A stretch of 64,000 nt of DNA, taken from positions 800,001 through 864,000 of the forward strand of contig CBDBKE010000002.1 of NCBI GenBank assembly GCA_965206645.1. The letters are read 5' to 3'. Numbering within the stretch: the first letter of the stretch is position 1; each line of letters opens with the position of its first letter. The notes beneath the pieces are model-generated. The model was not told the DNA's origin. It was given only the letters and a program-made list of their open reading frames with translations, and ran no database searches. A program made the translations under genes and the position numbers. Below are positions 52,140 to 62,762 of the stretch, piece after piece. The stretch is from Terriglobia bacterium (GTDB lineage Bacteria > Acidobacteriota > Terriglobia > JAJPHL01 > JAPKYU01).

Positions 52140-55100
52140 TCACGGTAAATGATCAGCCTGGAAATATTTGGGTCGCAACTGGCACAGATTACAAACCCGA
52201 AGAACGAAGCGATCCACGACTGGATGCCTCAATGGCCGGTCTTCGGGTAGGGCAGCAGGTAGAGCGCCAAGCTGGGTCGTCAGGGATCGAAGCCACGCGT
52301 CGACGGCAGGGTTGCCAAAGCCGGGGGCCAACTGGTCTTTCTTTTGTCGAAGGACGGCGGCAATTTGATCCTTGACGAATAGCTGCTTCAATTCGGCGCT
52401 TCTTCCGGCTCTGCTTGCAAAACTTCTTGTCCGCAACATTCTCATGTCTCGCCCTTTCGCCATCCGTGCCCTTGTTGCCTGGTCTCCAGCCCAGCGTTTC
52501 ACCCACACATCGGTCTGAGCCTCTTGGATCGCCTTCAGGTGGCCGATCAACTCATCGTACAGCGCTTCGAGTTCCGCGATCTGCTCGGCAACCTCTTGGC
52601 GCACCCGTTCCGGATCGCGTTGGGGCGCCGCTTGAGTCTGAGACGATCTATGCACCGCTGGGCGGCCCACGCCCCAGCGATAGTTGAGCCGCACGTAGAT
52701 GTTAGTGCCGTTGAACCCGAAGGGCGAGAACTGGCCGTAGTAATTGCCGACCGTCCGGATGCCAAACTCGTTCACGTCGGGGTAAGTATTCAGCAAGTTC
52801 TCCCCGCCGATGGCCAGAGCAACGTTTTTCCCGAGCGGGATCCCGAGCTCGACATCGAGCAGCGCCTTGCCGCCATAGGACGGGTACAGCCACGACTCGG
52901 ACACGACACCCAAGTCAGCCGCGTTCCGCCCGTCCTCGCTGTCCCAGAACTGACCGAAGTAGTTCAAGCGGCCCATGAGATTCCATCGGCCGGCGTCGTG
53001 ATTGACGTTGAAGCTCCACCGCGTGTTCGGCAGCCCCCGTTCCAGCGTAGTGATGCGGAACTGGTCGATCACGGAAGATTCGATGTTCTTGACCTCTGTA
53101 TCCGTGTAGTTGTAGATCGCACTGAACGTCGTGCGCCCCTTCACCAGCGTCGAGATCAGGTCGACGCCCTGGGTCGTCGTCGAAAAGTCGTTCAAGAAGA
53201 ACCGGAACACGGGGAAATTCCGTGCTTCTGGAATCCCCTCCGCCAGCAACGTCTCGATCTCGTCATCCGACAATTTGATTTCCTGGGCCAGGGCGACGCG
53301 GTCGTCGATGTCGACCCGGAAATAGTCCGCGGTGAAGGTGAACGGGCCCTTCTCGAGGACGACGCCCGCGCTGTAGTTGCGCGATGTCTCCGGTTGGAGC
53401 TGGCCTCCGCCCCGCGCCATGGCCACGGCTGAGGTAGCCGGAACCACACCTTGGTTGGTCAGTTGCCCGCCGATAAAGGCGGTCGTCACGTTGAACGCGT
53501 TCTGTTGCCCCGGCGTCGGCGCCCGAAACCCGGTGCTGACGGCGCCGCGCAGCGCGGCCATGCCGGTCAGCTTAAGGCGCCCGGAGACCTTGTAGTTGAC
53601 CGTCTTGCCGAAGTCGTCGAAGTTCTCGAACCGGACGGCCGTGCCGAGCGTCCACCGGCCCGGGTCGCTGAACTCAACGTCGCCATAGACGGCGATGTTG
53701 CTACGGCTCCAGGTTCCCGCCGTCGTGTCGGCCCGGTAGCCGTTGAAGCCGTTCGAACCGGAACTGAAGCCCTGCGCGGCATACGGACCGATCTCCCACG
53801 ACGGCTGATCGCCGGCGCCAATCGTGAACTCCTCCCTCCTCCACTCCGCGCCGGCGGCCAAGTGCACGAGATCGTTGAGGGGGTAGGAAACGTCGAAGTT
53901 GAGATTGGTTTCCTTCTGCCGATAGACGCCGGGCCGGAACGATGTCGGCGTGTCGAAACCGAGCGACGCATTGACCGTATCGAAAATGAACTGATCGATC
54001 TCGCTGGTGCCGATGCTGGCGCTCGCGTCCCAGGTGAAGCCGTTGCTGGCGAACCCGCGCAGACCGCCGACCAGCGAGTAGTCGATCAGATCCCCGCCGA
54101 ACTGCGGAGTGAATCCTCCAGGAAACCGGTTGTGGAGAGTGAAGCAGTTCGGGTCGGCCTCGACTGCGGAGAGAGCGCCTGCGTCGGGGACGTTGTCGAC
54201 GATCGGGATGATGGGGCAGCCGCCGGCGCCCGGCTCGCGTCCGGGAGGAGGAACCTTGCTGGTGGGCGCGGTATCGGCCCAGACCCGGTCGCCGACGAGC
54301 AGCGTACGGTTTCCGTCGACCACGGGACCGCGAAAAACCCCGCCCCGCGTGTGTGGATTCCGGAAGTAAAAGCCCCCGGTCACCTTGCGGGACGCGTAGT
54401 TGCCGTGACCGTAGAGTTGATAACGATCGTCGAACAGATGGCCGAAGTTTGCGAACAGCTTGAAGTCGTGGTTGATTCTCGGCGATCCCCAAACCTGCGC
54501 CGTGTCGCGCAGATTCGTATTGCCCGCGTTGATGATGTCCGACGCGTCCTGGCGCTGGATGGCACGGTTGGTCGGCTCGGCGGTGCCGTACTCCATGCTG
54601 ATGTTGCCGAAACCGTTCGCTCCCAGCGGCACCCCGACGTTGCCGGCTACGGAAAACGTCCGGCCGCGTCCGCCGATTCCGTTACACGAGTGCTTGATGT
54701 CACCGATGATGCCCGACCCGCACGTCTCCGGGTTCCCCGAATTGGCATCGAAGAAGCCCCCGGTTTGGACTTCCAGGCTGCCTCCCGAGGGATCGTTCTT
54801 CAGTTGAAAGTTCATGACTCCGGCGATGGCGTCCGAGCCGTATTGCGCCGCCGCGCCGTCGCGCAGCACCTCAACCTGCCGAATGGCAATCGATGGAATG
54901 ATGGAGAGGTCCGGTCCCTGCGAGCCGTCGGCGATGCCATTTCCCAGCCAAGTGATGACCGCCGAGCGGTGGCGGCGCTTTCCGTTGACTAGGACCAGCG
55001 TGTGGTCGGGCGCTAGGTTGCGCAAGTTAGCCGGACGGACGACGGTCCCCGCATCGCTGATCGGCTGAGTGCTGATGTTGAAGGAGGGGATGACAGTCCG

Positions 55101-55565
55101 CAACTGGGATACCAAATCCCTGCTACCCTGTCTAGCGAGGTCCTCGGCACGGATGACGTCCACGGGCACGGTGGACGCGGTCACCGACCGTGGCTCGGCG
55201 CGGCTACCGACGACCACGACGGACTGGGCGACGGCGGCCAATTCGAGCGTAAAGTTTCGCAGGACCGATTGGCCGGCAATCAGTTCGACGTCATCGGCGA
55301 TGCCAGTCTCGAAGCCGGGATTCTCAGCCGTAATCGTGTAGACCCCGGGCTCTAGAGTCAATTCGTATGCGCCGTCGGCATCCGTCGAACCGGTCACCTC
55401 GGCTCCGGTGGCGTTGTTGGTCGCCGTTATTTCCGCGCCTGTGATGACTGAGCCGGAATCATCGGTTACCTCTCCGCGCAAGGTAGCCGTTTGCTGAGCG
55501 TACGCGACTCCGGAAACCCCAACCAGGAGCAACATGATTATGACAACAAGACTTCTTTGGAACAT
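52140..55565 (-). CDS. TonB-dependent receptor with N-terminal carboxypeptidase-regulatory-like domain and an atypical C-terminal extension
   Basis: Signal peptide, LRGEVTD.SG, VVVVGSR, LVLVNGKR, EVLRDGAAAQYGSDAIAGVMN, barrel end YVRLNYRW. Confidence 0.9.
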   Translation of the reverse strand: MFQRSLVVIIMLLLVGVSGVAYAQQTATLRGEVTDDSGSVITGAEITATNNATGAEVTGSTDADGAYELTLEPGVYTITAENPGFETGIADDVELIAGQSVLRNFTLELAAVAQSVVVVGSRAEPRSVTASTVPVDVIRAEDLARQGSRDLVSQLRTVIPSFNISTQPISDAGTVVRPANLRNLAPDHTLVLVNGKRRHRSAVITWLGNGIADGSQGPDLSIIPSIAIRQVEVLRDGAAAQYGSDAIAGVMNFQLKNDPSGGSLEVQTGGFFDANSGNPETCGSGIIGDIKHSCNGIGGRGRTFSVAGNVGVPLGANGFGNISMEYGTAEPTNRAIQRQDASDIINAGNTNLRDTAQVWGSPRINHDFKLFANFGHLFDDRYQLYGHGNYASRKVTGGFYFRNPHTRGGVFRGPVVDGNRTLLVGDRVWADTAPTSKVPPPGREPGAGGCPIIPIVDNVPDAGALSAVEADPNCFTLHNRFPGGFTPQFGGDLIDYSLVGGLRGFASNGFTWDASASIGTSEIDQFIFDTVNASLGFDTPTSFRPGVYRQKETNLNFDVSYPLNDLVHLAAGAEWRREEFTIGAGDQPSWEIGPYAAQGFSSGSNGFNGYRADTTAGTWSRSNIAVYGDVEFSDPGRWTLGTAVRFENFDDFGKTVNYKVSGRLKLTGMAALRGAVSTGFRAPTPGQQNAFNVTTAFIGGQLTNQGVVPATSAVAMARGGGQLQPETSRNYSAGVVLEKGPFTFTADYFRVDIDDRVALAQEIKLSDDEIETLLAEGIPEARNFPVFRFFLNDFSTTTQGVDLISTLVKGRTTFSAIYNYTDTEVKNIESSVIDQFRITTLERGLPNTRWSFNVNHDAGRWNLMGRLNYFGQFWDSEDGRNAADLGVVSESWLYPSYGGKALLDVELGIPLGKNVALAIGGENLLNTYPDVNEFGIRTVGNYYGQFSPFGFNGTNIYVRLNYRWGVGRPAVHRSSQTQAAPQRDPERVRQEVAEQIAELEALYDELIGHLKAIQEAQTDVWVKRWAGDQATRARMAKGRDMRMLRTRSFASRAGRSAELKQLFVKDQIAAVLRQKKDQLAPGFGNPAVDAWLRSLTTQLGALPAALPEDRPLRHPVVDRFVLRVCNLCQLRPKYFQADHLP

Positions 55566-55602
55566 GGTCAACTCCCAAACATAGAGATAATGAACAGCTC
55601 AC

Positions 55603-55656
55603 GTATTGCAATACATAAGTATTGTACTCATCCAGTAGGTGTACTCGTCCAGTGGA
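55603..55656. promoter_or_regulatory. Candidate operator region upstream of the TonB receptor
   Basis: Palindrome GTATTGCAATAC plus tandem 17-mers TGTACTCATCCAGTAGG / TGTACTCGTCCAGTGGA. Confidence 0.5.
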
Positions 55657-55710
55657 TTAGTGACACTTTGGCTCCTTGGAAAGGGATTGGTTTTGGGTGA
55701 GGAACTCAAG

Positions 55711-55950
55711 CCAGGATTTCCATTTTGTCCCTAACACGGCGACAATTATACACCCGCGCTGCCCCGAATACCACCTCTCTTCGCGCTGAACCCTGCACAT
55801 CACCTCCGCCGGTAGGCGCCAGGGCTCGTCCGTCCGCTCACAGACGTTGCTTGAGCGGGCTGAACGGTGCTCCGGCCGACAATGCTCCCTGCGAAACCTT
55901 TTTGGAGCCAAAAACTGTTGATCCTCACCCGGTCAACGCTACCCACCCGG
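55711..55950 (-). mobile_element. IS1380-like right-end remnant
   Basis: CCAGGATTTCCATTTTG resembles the reverse complement of the IS1380 right IR at 31277-31293; inner boundary uncertain. Confidence 0.55.
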
Positions 55951-55953
55951 CAC

Positions 55954-56570
55954 AGACCTGCCCCCGGTTATTGGTCCACCTTCCATGGTAGTCCATACGC
56001 CGTTGCAGCCGGGTGGAGCGGAGCGGAACCCGGCGGTAACGGCAGGATCACTTCCGGGGCTGGCGGCCGGTAGCCCAACGCGCTGTGCGGGCGAACTCTA
56101 TTATACTCCCGCCGCCATCCCTCAATCAACACCTTCGCTTCCCGCAAGGTGTAAAAGATCTCTCCATTCAGAAACTCGTCTCGAAACTTCCCGTTAAACG
56201 ATTCTACATACCCGTTTTCCCAGGGGCTCGCAGGCTCGATGAACAGGGTTTTCACCCCGACCCGTTCCAGCCAGTCCCGTACCAACCGAGCGGTGAACTC
56301 GGACCCATTATCCGAGCGAAGGTAATCGGGAACTCCCCGCTCCACAAACAAGGCTGCTAGCCGTTCCAAAACACTCATCGAATCGGCTCGCCGTTCTACG
56401 TCGATCGCCAAACACTCTCGCGTGTATTCATCCACCACCGTCAAGATCTTCAGTGGACGACCATCGTGGGTTCGATCTGCCACAAAATCGTACGCCCAGA
56501 CATGATCCTGCCAGCACGGTCTTAACCGAAGGCACGACCCATCGTTCAACCACAGCCGGCCTCTGCGGGG
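55954..56570 (-). mobile_element. IS3 type B right-end part, cut by a MITE
   Basis: Near-identical to 27045-27661. Confidence 0.9.
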
Positions 56571-56687
56571 CATTGTCAAGTTGACGAAAAGCTCGTCGAT
56601 CGACCCCCAAGATATTGGGCTCCAGCCCGTCTCGAACCCACCATGCTGAGCATCAAAAACAGCCGTCAGCCTCAACTTGACAATACC
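56569..56687. mobile_element. IS6-like MITE, 119 bp
   Basis: GGCATTGTCAAGTTGA ... TCAACTTGACAATACC. Confidence 0.7.
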
Positions 56688-56701
56688 ACCTCGGGGGCAG
56701 T

Positions 56702-59389
56702 TTGTCCGACTTTGGCAAAGGCATCGCCCTAGACGCCTCCGGCAACGCCTACGTGACGGGGGATACGACTTCGACTGACTTCCCCACGGCCAGTCCCATC
56801 CAGGCCGTTTTCGGTGGCACAAACGACGCCTTTGTGACGAAACTGAATGCCGCCGGGAGCGCTCTGGTTTACTCCACCTTCCTCGGCGGCAGCGGCAGCG
56901 ACATCGAAGTCAGCATCGCTGTGGACAGCTTCGGGAACGCCTACGTGACGGGCTACACGGATTCGACTGACTTTCCTACAGTAAGCCCCTTTCAGTCAAC
57001 TATCGCCGTAGCCGAGGACGTTTTCATCGCCAAAATCAGCGATGCTATAACGCCGCCACCACCACCACCACCGGTGGTTTGTACCTACTCCATTTCCCCG
57101 ACCACTGCATCGTTCCCAGCCAGTGGGGGAACCGGTAGCGTGCTCGTGTCAACCCGCTGTGGCTGGAACGCCAAGAGCGACGTGAGCTGGATCACCATCA
57201 CCTCGGGCAGCAGCGGCGGCGGTACTGGCCGGGTGGAGTACTCGGTAGAGGCCAATCCCGACACCGGTTCGCGCATGGGGACGCTGACCATCACCGGTGC
57301 GCAGATCCTGACGGTGACCCAGGCAGGAACGGTTGAGGTTCTTCCGGCCTTGACCGTGGGCCCCCGGATTCTGGGCTTTTCCGCGACTGTGGGAGACCCG
57401 CCTGCGCGCCAGGGCTTTCAAATCGGCAGCGACGGCGGGACGGTGAACTGGACCGCCACGGTGAAGCTGCTGAACGGAAGCGGTTGGCTCACCATCTCTC
57501 CCAGCTCGGGCGCGGCCAGCCTGACGCAGCCAGCGGTTGTGATCGCGACGGTCAACTACGGCGCGCTGGGCGGCGCCGGAGTGTTCCAGGCCGAGATTAC
57601 GGTGACCGATACGGCGACGGGCTCTTCGGTCACAGTTCAGGTGACGGTGGTCTTGAGCGCTCCCGTAGCCCGGCTGTCGTTGAGCCAGACAACATTCGTG
57701 TTCCAGGGCGTGTCCGGCTGGCCTGCACCTCCGCAGAGCCTTACGGTATTCAACCAAGGAACGGGGACGTTGAACTGGTCGCTTTCGGGGCTTCCTCCGT
57801 GGCTCACGGCTTCCCCGCCGTCGGGAGCGGCAGGGGCGGGCTCGTCCTCCCTGGTCACCTTGACGCCGAATCTGAGTCTGGTTTCCAGCATAAACCAGGC
57901 GCTAGTGACCGTATCGGCCCCGGGAGCAAGCAACGCTCCGCAATTGTTCGCCGCGACGCTGAACGTCGTGCCAACAAGCACAGCCGCTTCGGCAGACCTA
58001 AGCCCGAATGGGCTGTGGTTCGTCGCCGAGCCGGGCGTCACTCTACAGCAGTCGGGCACTGTGCCGGGGGCGCAAGACCTGACGGTGAACAACACCGGGG
58101 GAGGAACCCTCACGGCTGATTTTGTGACTGCGACCAGTTCCGGCGGGGAGTGGCTGATGGTAAGCCCGTCGAGCGGGACCGCGTCGGGGGGACCGTTCCC
58201 GACGCAGGTGTCGGTGAATCCTGTGGGGCTGGCGCCGGGCGTTTGCCGGGGCACTGTTGACGGCAGCTTCTCCTCCAGCGGCCCACAGGAGGTGGAAGTG
58301 TTGCTAATTGTGACGCCGCCGGGCACGTCGCTGCAGACGCAGTCGGGTCTGCCGGGTGCGACCCAGTGCGCTCCATCGGGGCTGCAGTTGCTGTCCACGA
58401 CCATCGGAAGTGGACTGAGCCTGCCAGTTTCCTTTCCGCGAGTGCTGACAGCGCTGGTGGTGGACGACTGCGGCAGCAGGGTGGACAATGCTACGTTGGT
58501 GGCCAGCGTGGAAGGCTTGAACATCCCGTTGCGAGGGCTGGGGACCGGCTTGTACAGCGGCACCTGGGTGCCGCAGAGCGCGGCGGCCGAGGTGACGGTC
58601 ACCTTTGCCGCGCTGCATCCCGACTTTGCTCAGGTGCAGCGGTCCTTCACGGTGGAGACGGCCGCGGCGCCGGGGGCGATCAGTTTGCCAGCGTTGTTTG
58701 CCGACGGGGTGGTGGAAGGGGCCGGCTTCACCAAGCGGCGGCCGCTGTCTCCCGGCGGCATCGTTTCCCTGTTTGGCGAGCGCTTCGCCACGGAGAACAA
58801 TTTCGCTACCCAGCTACCGCTGGAGCGGGAACTGGCCGAGGTGAGCGTGCGCATTGGCGGCCAGGACGCGCCGCTGTATTTCGTCAGCCCGGGGCAGATC
58901 AACGCGCAGGTACCGTTCGAGGTCAGCACGGGCGATAGCGTTCCGGTGGCCATCAGTGTGGGTGGCCTGCTGACGGCGCCGCAGAACTACTTGATTGCAC
59001 CTGCGCAGCCGGGCATCTTCATTGCGGGTGACAGCGCCGCCATCCTGGACTCCTCGTTCCAACTGGTGACGGCGCAGAACCCGGTGCGCGCCGGCGATAC
59101 CATTCAGATTTTCGCCACCGGCCTGGGCGAAACGGACCCGGAAGTGGGTAGTGGGGAGCCAGCGCCACCCTTTAGCACGGTTAGCAACCCGGTGACGGTG
59201 ACCATCGGGGGGATTGAAGCCGCGGTAGCCTTCCAGGGGCTAGCGCCCGGCTTTGTGGGGCTCTACCAAGTGAACGTGGTGGTGCCCTCGGGTGTCGCGC
59301 CGGGCGATGCGGTCCCGCTGGTCCTCACGCAGAACGGCATTGTCGCCAACCCGGATCTGCGCGTGACCATTCCCGTGCAGGCGCCCTGA
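56702..59389 (+). pseudogene. Large surface protein (SBBP repeats, Pro linker, BACON/Ig domains, Solibacter-type C-terminal domain), N-terminus removed at the MITE
   Basis: IALDASGNAYVTG.T.STDFP repeats, SWITITSG, APLYFVSPGQINAQVP, GLAPGFVGLYQVN; no signal peptide. Confidence 0.8.
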
Positions 59390-59810
59390 TGGCGCCGGCA
59401 ATGCAATTCTTTGGTAAGGCATGCTGACGCGGGCTGGGCTTCTATTGCCAACCGAATCAGCGATTTCCCATCTTGAGAATAACGCCCTCGTCCTGAAGGC
59501 TGGCCTAAATACCTTCCTCCTGAAAGCTGTCGTAAACAATGGAGGAGCGAGCTTGCCCTGGCCCGCGGAAACACTGGGCAGGCGATAGCATTGTTGGAAG
59601 AGGCCATTGCGTCCAGTGTCGTCGACAGGGTGTGGGGATCGGAACCGCTTGCGCGCGCCTGAGAACGGCCAGGCAATTTCCAGAGAGCAATTGGGGTCTT
59701 GGAAGAGGTTTCCTGGAACGGAATACCTCATTTAATGTTTAATGTTCACAACTCTCAAAAACTGTGCACATCCACATTTGGCGATCCGCTCAGATTAATT
59801 GCTTTCCGGC

Positions 59811-59839
59811 TTGACATTCGCTTTTCATTCGCCCAGCAT
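59811..59839 (+). promoter_or_regulatory. lexA promoter with a candidate direct-repeat SOS box
   Basis: TTGACA-17 nt-CAGCAT; ATTC-N7-ATTC at 59816-59830 overlaps the spacer. Confidence 0.6.
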
Positions 59840-59848
59840 GTACTTGAG

Positions 59849-60490
59849 ATGGCCTTGACCCGCAGGCAGTGGCAAGTTCTGGAGTTTATCGCCAGCTTCC
59901 TCCGCGAGCGCGGCTACTGCCCCAGCTACGGAGAAATCTGCGAAGGCTTGGGGGTCTCCTCATTGGCTACCGTGCACAAGCACGTCTCCACGCTCGAGCA
60001 GAAGGGCTTCTTGGTGCGCGGGCCACACCAGAGCCGTTCGATCGAATTTGGCCCGCGCTACTACCAGGAAGCGCGCAAGCGCGCTCGCGAGCGGCGCAGC
60101 GCGGCCGCTGTCTCGGGCACGCTCCCCCTTTTGGGCCGCATCGCTGCCGGCCGGCCTCTGGAAGCAGTCGAGAATCCGGAGACCATCTCGCTGACCGATT
60201 TTGCCGGCAAGAAAGAAGTTTTCGTGCTTCAGGTCAAGGGCGACTCGATGATCGAAGAGCACATCCTGGACGGGGACTATATTCTGGTGGAGCGCACTCA
60301 GGCCGCCCACAACGGCGACGTGGTCGTGGCTTTGGTGGAGGGCGCAGAAGCCACTCTGAAGCGTTTCTTCCGTGAGTCCGACGGGCGGGTGCGTTTGCAA
60401 CCAGGCAACCCGGAAATGGCCCCCCTAATCCTGCCGGCCGACGCCATCCAGATCCAGGGTCGCCTGATCGGCGTGCTGCGCCGCTACTGA
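59849..60490 (+). CDS. lexA: SOS repressor LexA
   Basis: LTRRQ..VLEFI, PSYGEI, LGRIAAGRP cleavage site, VKGDSM, ATLKR. Confidence 0.95.
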   Translation: MALTRRQWQVLEFIASFLRERGYCPSYGEICEGLGVSSLATVHKHVSTLEQKGFLVRGPHQSRSIEFGPRYYQEARKRARERRSAAAVSGTLPLLGRIAAGRPLEAVENPETISLTDFAGKKEVFVLQVKGDSMIEEHILDGDYILVERTQAAHNGDVVVALVEGAEATLKRFFRESDGRVRLQPGNPEMAPLILPADAIQIQGRLIGVLRRY

Positions 60491-60655
60491 ATCCGCCCGA
60501 TCCCCGTCACGCTTCCCTTCCGCACTTGCCCCTGCTCGGGCGCGCTCGCCGGAAAAGGGTGTAACTCATACTGAACGAATCAGCGTCGCCGTTCGGAGAC
60601 AGCGCAGGCGACGGGGTAGAATACGCGTGCGCACTAGAGAACAAAGGAGGCCAAG

Positions 60656-62686
60656 ATGCGACGGAAAGGCAAGCGCCAAGTCATCTCGATTGCTGCGGTG
60701 TTGTTGCTGGCCACGCCGTGCCTGGCTGAGATTAAGCTGATTCCCACGCCGCGCCAGCTAGAGGAGCGCCCCGGCCGATTTGTGCTTCGGGCCCCGTTGA
60801 CCATTGCGCTGCCTCCGCAGGCTAGCGACGACGATCGCTTTGCGGCCCAGTTGCTCCAGCAGGAGATCGCCGCCGTGTCGCGAGTCAAGGCCAAGGTAGA
60901 GTCCGGGCCCCAGGCCCAGATCGTTCTCACCCTCGTGGGCGCACCGGTAGTGGTTGGCGAGGAGGGCTACCTGCTCCGGGTCAGCCCGCGACGGGTCACG
61001 ATTTCGGCGCGCACTTCGGCGGGTTTGTTTTACGGCGTGCAAACGCTGCGGCAGCTGATCTCCCGCAAGGGGATTCCGGCCGTGCGGATCACCGACTGGC
61101 CAGCGATGCGCTGGCGCGGCCTGCACGACGACCTGAGCCGCGGCCCCATCCCCACCATCGACTACATCAAGCGGCAACTGCGCACCTGTGCTGAATACAA
61201 GATCAACCTCTTCTCGTTTTACATCGAGCACACCTTCGCCTACCGCCGCCACCCGCTGATCGGCCCGCCCGGCGGCTCCTTAACCGCCTCGGAGGTGAAA
61301 CAGCTGGTCGCCTACGCACGCAAATACCACATCGAGCTTGTTCCACAGCAGCAGACCTTCGGCCACATGCACCACGTGCTGAAGTGGGAGAAATATTCCT
61401 CGCTGGCCGAGGTGCCGCACGGGCACGTGCTCGCCCCCGCCAACCCGAGGACCTACAGCCTTGTGAAGTCCCTGTATGACGAACTGGTGCCGCTATTTCC
61501 CGGGCGGTTTCTGCACATCGGCGCGGACGAGACCTTCGAGCTGGGACGGGGCAAGTCGCATGGGCTGGTGCAGCAGGAGGGTCTGGGGCAGGTCTATTTC
61601 AACCACATCCGGCGCGTGACTGAGATTCTCGCTCCCTACAAGAAGCGGCTGATGTTCTGGGGCGACATCGCTCTGCATTACCCCGAGCTGTTGCCGAAGC
61701 TGCCCAAAGACATGATCGTGATGAGCTGGAATTACTCGCCTCGCGAAAACTTCGACCGCTACCTGAAGCCGTTCCGCGATGCGGGGCTGGATGTGTTTGT
61801 CTGCCCGGGGGTGAACAACTGGAGCCGTATCTTCCCCAACCTGGACCGAGCGCTACCCAACATCCGCAATTTCATCCGCGACGGCCAGGAGTTTGGCGCC
61901 CTGGGTGTGCTGAATACTACCTGGGATGACGACGGCGAGGCTCTGTTCGGCATGACCTGGTACCCGGTCCTGTACGGGGCGGCGGCCTCCTGGCAGTTAG
62001 GCACGGCCGACCCCGAGCAATTCCGCAACGGCTTCGACTGGGCCTTCTTCCGCAATTCCAGGGGGAGCCCGTTTGCCGAGGTTATCGAGCGACTCAACCG
62101 AGTGCATGGGCTGCTCAACCTGGCGGGCGTAAGCGATGCTCGCAACTGGCTGTTCTGGCTCAACCCCTTCCATCCGGAACACCGCCAGGTGCTCGAAAAG
62201 ATTCATCCGGTGGCGCGCGAGATCCGGCTGGCGGCAGAAAGGGCGCTGGAGGTTGTCGAGCGGAATGCCTGGCGAGCTCGTCGCAACCGGGACCAGCTCG
62301 ACTACCTGAGACTGGCGGCGCGGCGACTGGACTATCTCGGCTTCAAGGCCCTCTACGCCCGGCAGATTGCAGACCTCTACCAAGAGGCTTACGACAACCA
62401 ACAGGACCGAAGCCTGGTGCGCCGGGCGCTGAGCCGCATCGATAACATGAACGGCCTGCTCCAGGATGGCCGCGATTTCTCCACAGCGCTTCGGGAGGAC
62501 TATCGCGCGGCCTGGCTGGCCGAGAATCGGCCCTACTGGTTGGCCAACGTTCTGGCTCTCTACGACCGCGAAACGCGCATGTGGATAGACAAGATCAGCG
62601 AATTTCAGCTGCTCCGGTATAACTACCGCCGGCAGAAGAAACTTCCTCCGCCAGAAACTCTAGGTCTTGCCGCGCCGGAGGAATAG
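60656..62686 (+). CDS. GH20 beta-N-acetylhexosaminidase
   Basis: Signal peptide, EEGYLL, FYGVQTLRQL, DWP..WRG, HIGADET. Confidence 0.9.
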   Translation: MRRKGKRQVISIAAVLLLATPCLAEIKLIPTPRQLEERPGRFVLRAPLTIALPPQASDDDRFAAQLLQQEIAAVSRVKAKVESGPQAQIVLTLVGAPVVVGEEGYLLRVSPRRVTISARTSAGLFYGVQTLRQLISRKGIPAVRITDWPAMRWRGLHDDLSRGPIPTIDYIKRQLRTCAEYKINLFSFYIEHTFAYRRHPLIGPPGGSLTASEVKQLVAYARKYHIELVPQQQTFGHMHHVLKWEKYSSLAEVPHGHVLAPANPRTYSLVKSLYDELVPLFPGRFLHIGADETFELGRGKSHGLVQQEGLGQVYFNHIRRVTEILAPYKKRLMFWGDIALHYPELLPKLPKDMIVMSWNYSPRENFDRYLKPFRDAGLDVFVCPGVNNWSRIFPNLDRALPNIRNFIRDGQEFGALGVLNTTWDDDGEALFGMTWYPVLYGAAASWQLGTADPEQFRNGFDWAFFRNSRGSPFAEVIERLNRVHGLLNLAGVSDARNWLFWLNPFHPEHRQVLEKIHPVAREIRLAAERALEVVERNAWRARRNRDQLDYLRLAARRLDYLGFKALYARQIADLYQEAYDNQQDRSLVRRALSRIDNMNGLLQDGRDFSTALREDYRAAWLAENRPYWLANVLALYDRETRMWIDKISEFQLLRYNYRRQKKLPPPETLGLAAPEE

Positions 62687-62762
62687 CGGTGTTGCGAGAT
62701 GGGGAGTAAGCTCGGAGGAAGCCGCTTCTTACTACAAAAGGGCTACAAAAGGGATCGGAATC

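Noticed and set aside
57050-57073. CCA/CCG tandem repeat
   Set aside because: Encodes a poly-Pro interdomain linker
59400-59800. Possible gene or structured RNA upstream of lexA
   Set aside because: Only a short protein-like scrap (LKAGLNTFLLKAVVNNGG) and one hairpin; not enough to call
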